Below are positions 1 to 8,710 of a stretch of DNA of 58,715 nucleotides, one piece after another. The DNA is taken from positions 1 to 58,715 of the IMG/VR virus record IMGVR_UViG_3300032561_000025; one strand, given 5' to 3'. Under the pieces are notes generated by a model that saw nothing but the letters and a program-made list of their open reading frames with translations, did not search any database and had not been told where the DNA came from. A program made the translations under genes and the position numbers. The stretch is from a virus. Its lineage: Duplodnaviria; Caudoviricetes. The first letter of the stretch is position 1, and each line of letters starts with the position of its first letter.

Positions 1-172
1 TCGGGGGCGATGGACTCCTTGTCACCGGCCACGCCGCGCAGGGATTCGGCTAGGCTCCAGTCCTTAGGAAGGCCGAAGGCGTCTGAGACGGAGACTCCGG
101 GGAGTCTTCCAGAATCTGCGGGAGGAGTTGCGGCAGCGGATGGCGGCATGGTTGGCATGAGTTAAGGTTTCC
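1..172. repeat. Terminal direct repeat / circular overlap, copy 1 (matches 58544-58715)
   Basis: 172 bp identical to the window end except one base (T46 vs G58589). The scaffold ORF start lies inside it, consistent with a circular genome of about 58543 bp. Confidence 0.95.
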
Positions 173-401
173 GGTTCAAAATGCCCTTGGCTATGTTTAA
201 ACCCTCGATGACGCCTCGATTGAAATCGAAGTCGGCTTGGGTTTTCGGATCGAAATTCATCCTTCGGTCGAGGACGGTTTTCTCAAGCTGGTACTCGATG
301 TACTTCTTGAGCGGGCTGTCGGGCATCACGCGGCAGATCTCTCGGATCTGCGAGTCGGACATTCCGGTAGCCTCGGTTGCGGTCTTGACCAAAATTGACA
401 C
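162..401 (-). CDS. Small head-morphogenesis protein between portal and scaffold
   Basis: 79 aa helical protein ending F.RG.IEGL; this position between portal and scaffold is typical of podovirus head modules. TTGACG lies 35 nt upstream of the GTG. Confidence 0.65.
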   Translation of the reverse strand: MSILVKTATEATGMSDSQIREICRVMPDSPLKKYIEYQLEKTVLDRRMNFDPKTQADFDFNRGVIEGLNIAKGILNRKP

Positions 402-438
402 GCGGGAAACTTTTGAGCAAAGTCCGCTTGCGTCAATA

Positions 439-2685
439 CTAAACTGGCCGTGCTTCTGGAGGTGCGGCTGGCTTGATGATGGGGATCATCGGCCTGCTTC
501 TGGGACCGCCCTGATTGGGGGGGCCGGGCCTGCGCTGGGTTGCGCTGGGAGCCCTTGGCATACCGGGCATTGGGCGAGGGGGAACCTGACCGGGAGGGAC
601 GATGGGGACCGGCGGCATACCGGGCTGCATGAGGTGGGGTTCGTGAACGTCGATCTTTCCCATGATCTGAACGCGCTCCTCCGGGGTAAGCTGCTCCCAC
701 TTGACGGCGACGTTCATGCTGGGCCGGATCTGTTCGGGCGGCTTCTGCATGGAAGCTGCCTGCTGCTGCTGGGCCTGCTGCATCGCCTGCTGGGCCTCTG
801 CCATCTCCTGATCGCTCCAAGTATAGCTCTCGGGCTTCATTCCGGCGATGCGGAACATATCGATGAAGACGCGCTTGGGGTTGATGTTGGTCTTGCCGGG
901 CTGGAAAAGCTGCGGGAAGGTGGGCATCGACTCGATGACGCGGGTGAGTGCGGCGACCCTGCGTGCGTCCGGACCCGGCAGGGTTCCGTCGTGCGGTCGG
1001 TAGTCGAACTCGCCTTGGATGACATCCGGCGTGATCGTGATGGTGTCCTCCTGACTGCCGTCGATTTCGAGAAGGTCGGGACCCTCGATGCGCCGGATAA
1101 GCTCGCCGTCGTAGAACTGCTGGAAGTTGGCGACGATGCGCTTGGTCTGGGGGACGATTCCCTGCACGGAGAGGAGTCGGGCGATGGCAGACATCCGGCC
1201 CTGCGCCATGTGGAGCGAGCCTTGGAATGCGGTCGCGGTGGCGTCGGACTGGTTTAAACCGCCCTGCATCGACTGGGTTGCCCCGGAGGTGCTTTCGGCG
1301 AAGTTAATGAACTCCCGCATCTCGTTGATGAAGTTCGCCGTGGTGTCCACGATGGGGACCTGACGGATGATCTCGCTGATGGGAAGGTTGCCCGCCTCGG
1401 GGAGGATGGAGATGAATTTCCCCTCCTTGTCCGGGTCCTCGAAATCCTGAATGTCGATCAGGTGGCTTTTGGCGAGGAAGACGTTGCCCACGGTCCTCGT
1501 AACCGCATCCATGTGGCGGTTCTTGAGGTAGTCCACATAGTCCTGAATGTTCTTCAGGAGCATGATGTAGGACGGGGTGTATTGGTAGAAGGGTGACGGC
1601 CTCGGCTCTCCGACCGAGTACGGGAACATATCGTGCTCGTACACGGACTCATTCATGGCGAGGACTTCGCGCTCGTTGCCCATGACCACTTGGTACATCA
1701 CAGGCTCGGTGCGGTCATCGATGTCGTAGTCCTTCGGAATGATCCTTACCCAGAGTTCCACCATGCTGACAACGCCGGGATCCTTCGCGTCGTAGCGGGA
1801 ATCGAGCGGGGTGTTGATGCGGGTGCGCTCGTAGGCGGTGCGGCTGACCAGTTCCATCGCCGTGCCGCCCGTGATGGTTCCGGGTGTCGGGTAGCCCAGC
1901 GACTTCGCTGGCTTCATCTTCAATTCCTTGACCGCCCTAGGGGAAATGTAGCGCGGGTCATCGACGGGCAGCTTGGAACGCTGGTCTAGGTCGTTCCACG
2001 CGACGTTGATGCGGTGGCCGCAGAAGCGGCCCTCCTGCATCCGGTACATCGGCATATTCTGGTCGATGTAGAAATCATAGGGGCTGACCACCTCCATGCG
2101 GCAGTATCCCCCAACCCGCTTGCGGACCTTGCGAAGCTCGGTCTTGGGCTGCTGGGTTGCCGGGTCGATGACGGGCTGGCCCTCCTCGTCAACCATCGGC
2201 TCCTCGCTCCATTGCGCCTTGTAGATCGACTGGTAGCAGTCGTAGAAGATTCCCCGGTTGTAGGTCAGCGCGTTCTCGACCCAGAACCATCCAAGCTGGT
2301 AGATCCCGGCCTGCTGCTGCTCGGCGTTCCAGCAGAGCAGTTCGTTCATCGCACGCGATGCGCCCTCGTCCTTCGGAGTCCCCGGATCAACCTTGTGCGG
2401 ACACTGGTCGCCAAACAAAGTCTGGGTCAGGAACGAGGTCATCGTGTGGATGTGCGTCGTTGTGACCGGCAGGACGTAGCGGCGGGGATGGCCCTTCGCC
2501 AGCTTCACATAGTCCTGCGTTGTCATCATGTTGTAGCATTGCAGGATATCGTGAGCCACATCGTAGTCCGATGTGTAAAAGTCCAGTTGGAAGCGAGAGT
2601 TCTGCACATAGTCCGTGCAGAGTTTAAACATACGCCTGCGAAATTCTTCGTCGGCGTCTATTCTCGCTGTGAGGCTTAGTGGCAT
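439..2685 (-). CDS. Portal protein
   Basis: 748 aa downstream of TerL. Portal-like motifs VVSPYDFYID, ELWVR, KNIQD..D..KN..MD and G.....TAT, followed by a Gln/Pro-rich tail. Confidence 0.85.
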   Translation of the reverse strand: MPLSLTARIDADEEFRRRMFKLCTDYVQNSRFQLDFYTSDYDVAHDILQCYNMMTTQDYVKLAKGHPRRYVLPVTTTHIHTMTSFLTQTLFGDQCPHKVDPGTPKDEGASRAMNELLCWNAEQQQAGIYQLGWFWVENALTYNRGIFYDCYQSIYKAQWSEEPMVDEEGQPVIDPATQQPKTELRKVRKRVGGYCRMEVVSPYDFYIDQNMPMYRMQEGRFCGHRINVAWNDLDQRSKLPVDDPRYISPRAVKELKMKPAKSLGYPTPGTITGGTAMELVSRTAYERTRINTPLDSRYDAKDPGVVSMVELWVRIIPKDYDIDDRTEPVMYQVVMGNEREVLAMNESVYEHDMFPYSVGEPRPSPFYQYTPSYIMLLKNIQDYVDYLKNRHMDAVTRTVGNVFLAKSHLIDIQDFEDPDKEGKFISILPEAGNLPISEIIRQVPIVDTTANFINEMREFINFAESTSGATQSMQGGLNQSDATATAFQGSLHMAQGRMSAIARLLSVQGIVPQTKRIVANFQQFYDGELIRRIEGPDLLEIDGSQEDTITITPDVIQGEFDYRPHDGTLPGPDARRVAALTRVIESMPTFPQLFQPGKTNINPKRVFIDMFRIAGMKPESYTWSDQEMAEAQQAMQQAQQQQAASMQKPPEQIRPSMNVAVKWEQLTPEERVQIMGKIDVHEPHLMQPGMPPVPIVPPGQVPPRPMPGMPRAPSATQRRPGPPNQGGPRSRPMIPIIKPAAPPEARPV

Positions 2686-2712
2686 CGTACAGCGGGCCGC
2701 AGAGCGGCCTTG

Positions 2713-3321
2713 TTAGTCGAGATTTGCTTCCTCGGGGGAAACGGGCTTTTTCTTGAAGCCCACACCGGTATTCTTCTTCTTTCCTCCGGAATTGGTCTTG
2801 GTGGTGCCTTGCCCCTCGTCGTTGGAAGCATTCGTCTCGGTGTCTGCCTCCTCCTTCTCGCCCTCGCTCTCCTCGTCTGCGGAGCTTTCCTCGTCGGCGT
2901 TGGCACCCTTGCCCTCGGGCTCCTCCTCGGTCCCGGACTCCTCCTCGGCATTCTCCTCATCCGGGGTTTCCTTCTCCTCGTCCTCGGGCGTCTCCTCGCT
3001 CTCGGGAGTCTCGTCCGCGCCGCCCTTGCTCTCGTCCTCGGCGGTGCAGTGGGTGCAGGAAAGGGTCATCTCGGACTTGCCCGGATTTCCCGCGTCATAG
3101 CGGTCACCGGCAGACATCGCCTTGACCACGCCGTGAATCGTGGCGGTGAACTTGTCACCCACCTTGGCGTCCTCAAGGCCGAACGCGGCGATCTGCTTGC
3201 CGACCAAATCAATCCTTGGGCAAGATTTCTGCTCGCTGGGTTTCTTTCCTGAGAAAGAAGCGGTGGGTGATATGTCCCCGTATTTTTCCTTGTCGGAAAT
3301 TTCTAGCGATGTCTTTTTCAT
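2713..3321 (-). CDS. Hypothetical protein with small beta domain and long acidic tail (possible minor head protein)
   Basis: ATG at 3321. N-terminal PRIDL..KQI..FGL..AKVGD domain followed by about 75 aa of Glu/Asp-rich low complexity; lies between TerL and portal. Confidence 0.6.
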   Translation of the reverse strand: MKKTSLEISDKEKYGDISPTASFSGKKPSEQKSCPRIDLVGKQIAAFGLEDAKVGDKFTATIHGVVKAMSAGDRYDAGNPGKSEMTLSCTHCTAEDESKGGADETPESEETPEDEEKETPDEENAEEESGTEEEPEGKGANADEESSADEESEGEKEEADTETNASNDEGQGTTKTNSGGKKKNTGVGFKKKPVSPEEANLD

Positions 3322-3380
3322 CTTGGGAAATAAGTGTGGCCTTTGGGACCGAAATGACCTCAAAAAAACACAGAGTCAAT

Positions 3381-4979
3381 TCAATACGATTTCTTACGGT
3401 TTAAACTGCGCGGCTTGGTGCGGATGGGACCGGAGAGATTCTTCGCGGCTTCGTCCATCATTTTTCGGGCAAGCTGCATACAGTTGATGATGGCGTACCG
3501 CCATGCGTCGGCGATGTGGTCTGCTCCGTTCGCCCTCGGTCCCTTGACCGGTTCCCCGGAGGAATATCCGGGCTCTCCCTTGAACGGGTATCGGTATTCC
3601 CCGGCGAGGGCGCGGTGCAGGCGCGGGCAGTGAAGGCGGTCGATGCGGTACTGGTAGCGTCCTGACGGGTCCTTCATCTCCATCAGCCGGTTTCCTATGG
3701 CGATGGTGGTGTGGAGGGACCTGACGTATGTCTGGTACTTAGGGAAGAATCCGTTCGCATTGAGGACCGGGATCGAGGCTCCCGTATCCTTCCTCGCCGC
3801 GCCAGCCGGGTCGCAGAAGTCGAGGACGCCGCTGCAAATGCTCCTGTCTCCGACGAACGGGAACTGGGCCTCGGTTATCTCGATCACTGCGCGGCACTGA
3901 CGCTCAACGTCGCTCTGCTCGTCGTAATATTCGTGCAGGTCCCACCAGTATTCGAACGGGACCTGCCTGCCCCCAAGGTCGAAATCCAGCTTGAAGTACG
4001 CGCTGAATGTGACGGCGTGGGTGGATCCAAAGTCCCAGCCGCGAATAAGGTAGGCACCCTTCGGGAATGGAAGATCGACGGCGCAGTGCTTGTCCGTCTT
4101 GTAGGCGAAATAGACGGGCTTCCCCTCGAAAAGGTCGGCGTATTCCCCAAGCAGATACCGCCTGTAGTGGGCGGGCTTGTCGGCATACTGCAACTCTAGG
4201 TTCTCGATGTAGCCCTTGGGCAGGTTCTGGCGGTTCTCATGGGTGGGGATGTGCCAGAAAGCGTACCGGTCGGAGGAGGAATGCTTCTTCTCAAGGTCGG
4301 CGATCCAGTGGTCCGGGTCCGGGGGATTGGTGTCGAGGATGATGCAGTAGTCGGGGATCTCGTCCCCGTAGGCGTCCTTCCACCTCAAACACCCCACCAT
4401 CAGGTCAACGTCGCGCTCCTCCATCAGGTCGGCCTCGACCAAGATGCCCATCGAGCACTCGTAGCCGCGCAACTGCCCCTCCGACTTCTGCTCGTCCTTC
4501 AGGCCGCGAAACTCGATGTAGCTGCAAAGCCGGTCCCCCTCGTTGTCGATCCAGCTTACGATCTGCTGCCGGGTGTGGTGGCCGGAAGCCATGAACTCGT
4601 TGTAGGCATCGACCGCCGCAGCGGACGGGATCCGGACGCGCAAGCCGCCGTTCCACTTACGGAACAGGCTCAACTCCTCGTCAATGGCGATCCGGTAGCC
4701 GTACCGGTCGTAGGTGTCATTGAAGGTCTTTACCGATGTGTCCTGATTGCTGACCTGAGTCTTCCTCACGCACAGCACCTTTGCCCCCGCGAAGTTTAAA
4801 CAGTGCCTTATCGCCTCGACCGCGCACCCCGTGGTCTTTCCGCTCCCGCGCCCACCGATCAGAACCCGGATCAGCGCGGAGGAGTTGTGGAACTCGCGGA
4901 TGGACTTTCCCGGCTTGTACCAATCCTTAGGGGTGTTTTCCCTGCGCGAGGCTAGGGGTTTAGTTAGGGTTGCGGGCAT
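3381..4979 (-). CDS. terL: Terminase large subunit
   Basis: Walker A GGRGSGKT, Walker B ILVEA, DTNPP coupling motif, RNase H-like nuclease residues GWDFG and DHIADAWRY. Confidence 0.93.
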   Translation of the reverse strand: MPATLTKPLASRRENTPKDWYKPGKSIREFHNSSALIRVLIGGRGSGKTTGCAVEAIRHCLNFAGAKVLCVRKTQVSNQDTSVKTFNDTYDRYGYRIAIDEELSLFRKWNGGLRVRIPSAAAVDAYNEFMASGHHTRQQIVSWIDNEGDRLCSYIEFRGLKDEQKSEGQLRGYECSMGILVEADLMEERDVDLMVGCLRWKDAYGDEIPDYCIILDTNPPDPDHWIADLEKKHSSSDRYAFWHIPTHENRQNLPKGYIENLELQYADKPAHYRRYLLGEYADLFEGKPVYFAYKTDKHCAVDLPFPKGAYLIRGWDFGSTHAVTFSAYFKLDFDLGGRQVPFEYWWDLHEYYDEQSDVERQCRAVIEITEAQFPFVGDRSICSGVLDFCDPAGAARKDTGASIPVLNANGFFPKYQTYVRSLHTTIAIGNRLMEMKDPSGRYQYRIDRLHCPRLHRALAGEYRYPFKGEPGYSSGEPVKGPRANGADHIADAWRYAIINCMQLARKMMDEAAKNLSGPIRTKPRSLNRKKSY

Positions 4980-5691
4980 CGGAAGTCTCCAGAGTCAACT
5001 GCTCGGATCCATCGCCCTCCTCGGGCAAGCCCTGCTCGATCTTCTCGTTGATCTTCTCGACGGTTTCCCTGACGCGCTTGAGGTGCCTCGGGGCGGCGAC
5101 GATGGCCGGGATGTTGATCTGGAGCATGGGTACGAGGTTATTGCTTCCCGGCCTCGGCTGGCCAACCCCTCCCTTGACAGCGTACTCGTCCCCGTGCGCC
5201 ACCATCGAAATCTCTCCCAGCAGCTTCACGGACCGGGCAAGGTCTGAAATGGTTTCCGGATCCATGAAGGCGTCTGGGTTCTGCTCCTGCTTCGTTGAGA
5301 TCTGGTCAATGATGTGCTGGATCTGCTGCATGAGCCCGGTCGCTGCGCTGATCGTGCGGTCCCGGTTCTCCTCGATCTTCTTGAGCTTCTTCGCAATCTC
5401 GTCCGGGGACTGCTCGGGGATCGGGATCTTCCTCTGGAAAATCTCACCGTACTTGCGGATGAGCCCCGGCCAGTCCTCGTCGGAGCACCGCCTCAACAGC
5501 TTCAGGTAGGAGCAGTTCCACGCCTTCGATATTTCCCTGAGGCTTATGCCCTTCGCCGCCATGACGAAACAGGCTGCGTGGTTGATGCCGTGGTCGGTGT
5601 GCTGACGGATCTCGGGATCCGAGAGGATGACATCCTTCTTCGTGTCGCCCGTCAGTTCGGTCGGCACGGTGTTTTTCCTTACTTCACCCAC
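4960..5691 (-). CDS. Putative terminase small subunit
   Basis: Directly upstream of and overlapping terL. HTH-like segment GISLREISKAWNCS followed by coiled-coil helices. Confidence 0.55.
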   Translation of the reverse strand: MGEVRKNTVPTELTGDTKKDVILSDPEIRQHTDHGINHAACFVMAAKGISLREISKAWNCSYLKLLRRCSDEDWPGLIRKYGEIFQRKIPIPEQSPDEIAKKLKKIEENRDRTISAATGLMQQIQHIIDQISTKQEQNPDAFMDPETISDLARSVKLLGEISMVAHGDEYAVKGGVGQPRPGSNNLVPMLQINIPAIVAAPRHLKRVRETVEKINEKIEQGLPEEGDGSEQLTLETSDARNPN

Positions 5692-5694
5692 GGT

Positions 5695-5913
5695 TTAGTT
5701 TCGGGTCAGGGACGATGCGCGTGCAAAGGGATAGTCGGCTGGGGATCCTCCCCGGACGGCGGGGAGAGGGGTCTTGGCCTTGTGGACAACGCGCTCGGGC
5801 AGCTTCAGCCCCTTACTCGCCTTGTCGAACTCGGAGACAATTTTCGGGGAAATCTTCCCCTGCGCCTCAAGAACGTGGAACTTCCCCCGCTGCTTTTTTG
5901 AGACGTAGGGCAT
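5695..5913 (-). CDS. Small basic phage protein
   Basis: MPYVSKKQR...EFDKAS..LKLPERV resembles a recurrent small protein found near terminases. ATG at 5913. Confidence 0.6.
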   Translation of the reverse strand: MPYVSKKQRGKFHVLEAQGKISPKIVSEFDKASKGLKLPERVVHKAKTPLPAVRGGSPADYPFARASSLTRN

Positions 5914-5915
5914 GG

Positions 5916-6122
5916 TCAGCCTTCCCTCGACACCTCGCGCAGCCTGCTGGCGGTGTCGGACTTGAGCCACTTCGATCCGCTGTCCTCGCACGCGCCCTCG
6001 GCGGAAGACCCGCAAGGCGTCCCCTCGGGGGCGTCATTGTGCTGGGCCTGAGGCTTGTCGGGACGGGAGGTGAACTGGTGGATGGGTGGGTTTTGGGGGA
6101 GATGGTCGGGATTGTTGTTCAT
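5916..6122 (-). CDS. Hypothetical protein
   Basis: 68-aa ORF packed tightly in the operon; GTTTAAAC lies just upstream of the ATG. Confidence 0.45.
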   Translation of the reverse strand: MNNNPDHLPQNPPIHQFTSRPDKPQAQHNDAPEGTPCGSSAEGACEDSGSKWLKSDTASRLREVSREG

Positions 6123-6136
6123 GGTTTAAACGGGGA

Positions 6137-6298
6137 CTAGCCCTTGACTTTTTTTAGCGCGGGGTTGGCGTGCTTGGCCTTGGCACTCGCATTGTGAGCA
6201 CCGGAAGCGATGATTGCCGCCGCCCTTGCGAACGGCATTCCCTCCTTCGACGCGACCTTTTCGGCGACGGCCTTGAAGCCGGGATGTGCTTTGCTCAT
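6137..6298 (-). CDS. Small basic protein (53 aa, not in ORF track)
   Basis: Manual translation MSKAHPGFKAVAEKVASKEGMPFARAAAIIASGAHNASAKAKHANPALKKVKG; ATGA overlap with the upstream gene. Confidence 0.7.
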   Translation of the reverse strand: MSKAHPGFKAVAEKVASKEGMPFARAAAIIASGAHNASAKAKHANPALKKVKG

Positions 6299-6546
6299 AG
6301 GATGATCATCTGTCCCGATTTATTCGGAAACGCAAGTCTGACAGCCGATTTTGGCGGGCGACCGGGGTAGCCGGGTTGCCACGGCTTCCGGTTCGTGATC
6401 GACCTCCAGCACTCGTCGCAATGCTGCGCGTAGTGCTCACGCGGCTTGCCGCAAATGATGCACCGGCCAGATTCCTTCATCTTGATCTGCCAGCGTCTCT
6501 GCCGGGAGACTCCCTTTCTCGGGTTCTTTGGAATGGGTGATGCCAT
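6295..6546 (-). CDS. Small Zn-finger protein
   Basis: CIICG...HCDEC with a basic N-terminus; TTGACA lies 41 nt upstream. Confidence 0.6.
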   Translation of the reverse strand: MASPIPKNPRKGVSRQRRWQIKMKESGRCIICGKPREHYAQHCDECWRSITNRKPWQPGYPGRPPKSAVRLAFPNKSGQMIIL

Positions 6547-6594
6547 GTGCTTTCACACCATTCCCTGCCATTTTCCGGCAGTGTCAATACTTGT

Positions 6595-6909
6595 TTAAAC
6601 CACAGCGAGTTGACGGTGCTGATCCTCTACGTTCTCGATCCCTTGGTATGCCTGCACGGGCTCCTGCAAAAACCCCTTGGCGCGTTCCTTGGTGGGAGCC
6701 GCGTGGGACTGCCTCATGTGGTGCCGGTTACCCGCCCAGACCCTCGTTGAGACAATCCTGACCCCGTGGAAGGGTCCGCGATGCCAAGCCATGATAGCAC
6801 CCCTCACCGTTGTCCCAAGGCTCCACGTTGTGAAGACAACCTCGTTACCGAACCCGTCAACCCCACTGTACTTGATTTCGACCAGAAACCGTTTCGTCCA
6901 GTGGTTCAT
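6595..6909 (-). CDS. Hypothetical protein
   Basis: 104-aa ORF in the operon; its stop codon lies within a GTTTAAAC site. Confidence 0.5.
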   Translation of the reverse strand: MNHWTKRFLVEIKYSGVDGFGNEVVFTTWSLGTTVRGAIMAWHRGPFHGVRIVSTRVWAGNRHHMRQSHAAPTKERAKGFLQEPVQAYQGIENVEDQHRQLAVV

Positions 6910-6921
6910 CGGGGTGCCCGT

Positions 6922-7239
6922 TTAAACTTGGGACGGATCCGGCTTTGGCTTTGGCTCCAAGGGCCGGTAGTTCCACTCAGCCGCAAGCTCGCTGATCACG
7001 TTCGTCAGGCGCGTGTAGAAATCTCTTTCTTCCCAAGTCGGGGTATGAAATGGGGCCGAGATGCTGACATCTTTCATAATCGACGGCCCCACCTTACAAT
7101 TGACCGTGCGCTGGCACGCAAGCGTTATCCGAACCGTGTCCACTTGTTTCATCGGGTTGTTTGAAAACCCGTTGTCGAACGAAAATCCGGCCTGATGTCC
7201 GCAGAACGGGCAGCATTTGACGATGGGTAGGCTGTTCAT
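6922..7239 (-). CDS. Lar-like zinc-ribbon protein
   Basis: CPFCG near the N-terminus, a later C....C pair and WN.R near the end, the pattern of the Lar restriction-alleviation family. Confidence 0.55.
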   Translation of the reverse strand: MNSLPIVKCCPFCGHQAGFSFDNGFSNNPMKQVDTVRITLACQRTVNCKVGPSIMKDVSISAPFHTPTWEERDFYTRLTNVISELAAEWNYRPLEPKPKPDPSQV

Positions 7240-7355
7240 GTCAGTTTGTACTCCCAGATTTCACGACCGTTCGAAACCCTGCGCTGCGACTTCTTGTGCG
7301 CCCCGGTTTTCTTGATTATCTTTCTGACGATCAGCGACCGGACAGGCGCGCTCAT
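7236..7355 (-). CDS. Small basic protein (39 aa, not in ORF track)
   Basis: MSAPVRSLIVRKIIKKTGAHKKSQRRVSNGREIWEYKLT, with ATGA overlaps on both sides. Confidence 0.5.
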   Translation of the reverse strand: MSAPVRSLIVRKIIKKTGAHKKSQRRVSNGREIWEYKLT

Positions 7356-8233
7356 TTCTTCACCTCCGTCGCGCTCGCGGCCTCCTTCGGCCTGTTGTCT
7401 TTAACGATGGTCGCGCCACTGTAGATCCCCCCTATCAGGCCAGAGAAGTATCCCCGAATCTCGTTCACGGTGCCGCCACAAATCTTGTTCACGGTGCCGC
7501 AACAAATCGCGTTCACGGTGCCGCCACAAATCTCGTTCACGGTGCCGCCACAAATCGCGTTCACGGTGCCGCCCCAAATCGCGTTCACGGTGCCGCCCCA
7601 AATCGCGTTCACGGTGCCGCCACAAATCGCGTTCACGGTGCCGCCACAAATCTCGTTCACGGTGCCGCCACAAATCGCGTTCACGGTGCCGCCCCGAATC
7701 TCGTTCACGGTGCCGCCACAAATCTTGTTCACGGTGCCGCCCCGAATCTCGTTCACGGTGCCGCCACAAATCTTGTTCACGGTGCCGCCCCAAATCGCGT
7801 TCACGGTGCCGCCACAAATCGCGTTCACGGTGCCGCCACAAATCGAGGAAATAACCATCGCGTGCGCACATTCGATCTTCGCGGAAGGAGCGATCACAAA
7901 TTGGCCGCCGATCAGGAGCGCAACGTCGCCTGTAACGATGATGCCCGAGACGTATTGCTTCATGCGCTCGATCACGGCGTCCTGGATTTCGTCCGTGAAC
8001 CATTCGGGTTTTCGCTCCTCGTCGAGATTGAATTTGTAGGTTTCGACCTGATGCGCTGTGGCAAGGCTTTCGGGCGAGAACTCGATCTTGGCGTAATTCA
8101 GGCGCGGACCGTAGTTGAGTTTGAAGATGGTCTCCAATTCCGAATGGGATTCGGTCCAGGGAGACAGCAGAAGGCGAAAACCGCCCTTTGCGGATTCGTC
8201 TTGAACGGCGATGGCTGACTTGTAATTGCACAT
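7352..8233 (-). CDS. Protein with 16x octapeptide repeat (predicted beta-solenoid)
   Basis: N-terminal MC..KSAI...ESHSEL domain followed by I[CWR]GGTVN[AKE] x16. Confidence 0.8.
   Translation of the reverse strand: MCNYKSAIAVQDESAKGGFRLLLSPWTESHSELETIFKLNYGPRLNYAKIEFSPESLATAHQVETYKFNLDEERKPEWFTDEIQDAVIERMKQYVSGIIVTGDVALLIGGQFVIAPSAKIECAHAMVISSICGGTVNAICGGTVNAIWGGTVNKICGGTVNEIRGGTVNKICGGTVNEIRGGTVNAICGGTVNEICGGTVNAICGGTVNAIWGGTVNAIWGGTVNAICGGTVNEICGGTVNAICCGTVNKICGGTVNEIRGYFSGLIGGIYSGATIVKDNRPKEAASATEVKK
7451..7843. repeat. 24-bp tandem repeat, 16 copies
   Basis: Unit gttcacggtgccgccacaaatcgc and variants, read directly from the sequence. Confidence 0.95.
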
Positions 8234-8245
8234 AGTGGGAGTGGG

Positions 8246-8425
8246 TTAAGGTGTTTTATCCGTCGCGCTCGCGGAGAGGGCGGCGTCGTGCGAGAGGAGG
8301 TCGCGGCGTTCATAGATAACGCTCCACCCTTCCAATTCTTCGGGAGGAAGCGAAACGGCGTGTTTGGCTATCTCAGCCAGTCTCTCATCCGTCATTCTGT
8401 CCGGTTGCGAAGCGGGGGTTGTCAT
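8246..8425 (-). CDS. Hypothetical protein (59 aa, not in ORF track)
   Basis: MTTPASQPDRMTDERLAEIAK...; SD-like AGGAG upstream. Confidence 0.5.
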   Translation of the reverse strand: MTTPASQPDRMTDERLAEIAKHAVSLPPEELEGWSVIYERRDLLSHDAALSASATDKTP

Positions 8426-8455
8426 GGGGTTATGTCTCCTATTGAAATAAGGTGA

Positions 8456-8677
8456 TTATCCCTTGGCGACAGGTATCCGCCGAAGCGCGGCCCCAAGTTC
8501 AAGGGCGTTAGGCTCTGGCGAGTGAATCACGGCAACGGGCTTCCCCTGCTTAGTGACGGTGAAGGTTTTTCCCTGCTGAACCTGTGCAATCAGGTCGCCC
8601 GGTTGGGCGCGTAGATCGGACATCGTTATTGTTTCCGTTTCGCCTTCAAGGAGACGTAGGTATCGGAGTCGTTTCAT
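8456..8677 (-). CDS. Phd/YefM antitoxin-like protein
   Basis: TITMSDLR....LI..VQQG..FTVTKQGKPVAVI matches the Phd/YefM DNA-binding fold. Confidence 0.75.
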   Translation of the reverse strand: MKRLRYLRLLEGETETITMSDLRAQPGDLIAQVQQGKTFTVTKQGKPVAVIHSPEPNALELGAALRRIPVAKG

Positions 8678-8710
8678 AATTTACGTGTCGCAATGGGATA
8701 CTCGCCTAAG

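Noticed and set aside
181-2679. Long + strand ORFs antisense to the portal (also 41037-42254 and 56297-57277)
   Set aside because: These are antisense shadows of GC3-biased genes with no recognisable motifs.
7451-7843. 24-bp repeat array as a CRISPR array or a DGR template/variable repeat
   Set aside because: Units are contiguous with no unique spacers and are in frame within a gene. No cas operon or reverse transcriptase is present, and the variation is not adenine-specific.
7401-8231. Overlapping Arg-rich ORFs (7401-8231, 7470-8039, 8791-9105, 8861-9187)
   Set aside because: These are shadow frames kept open by stop-free tandem repeats and high GC.
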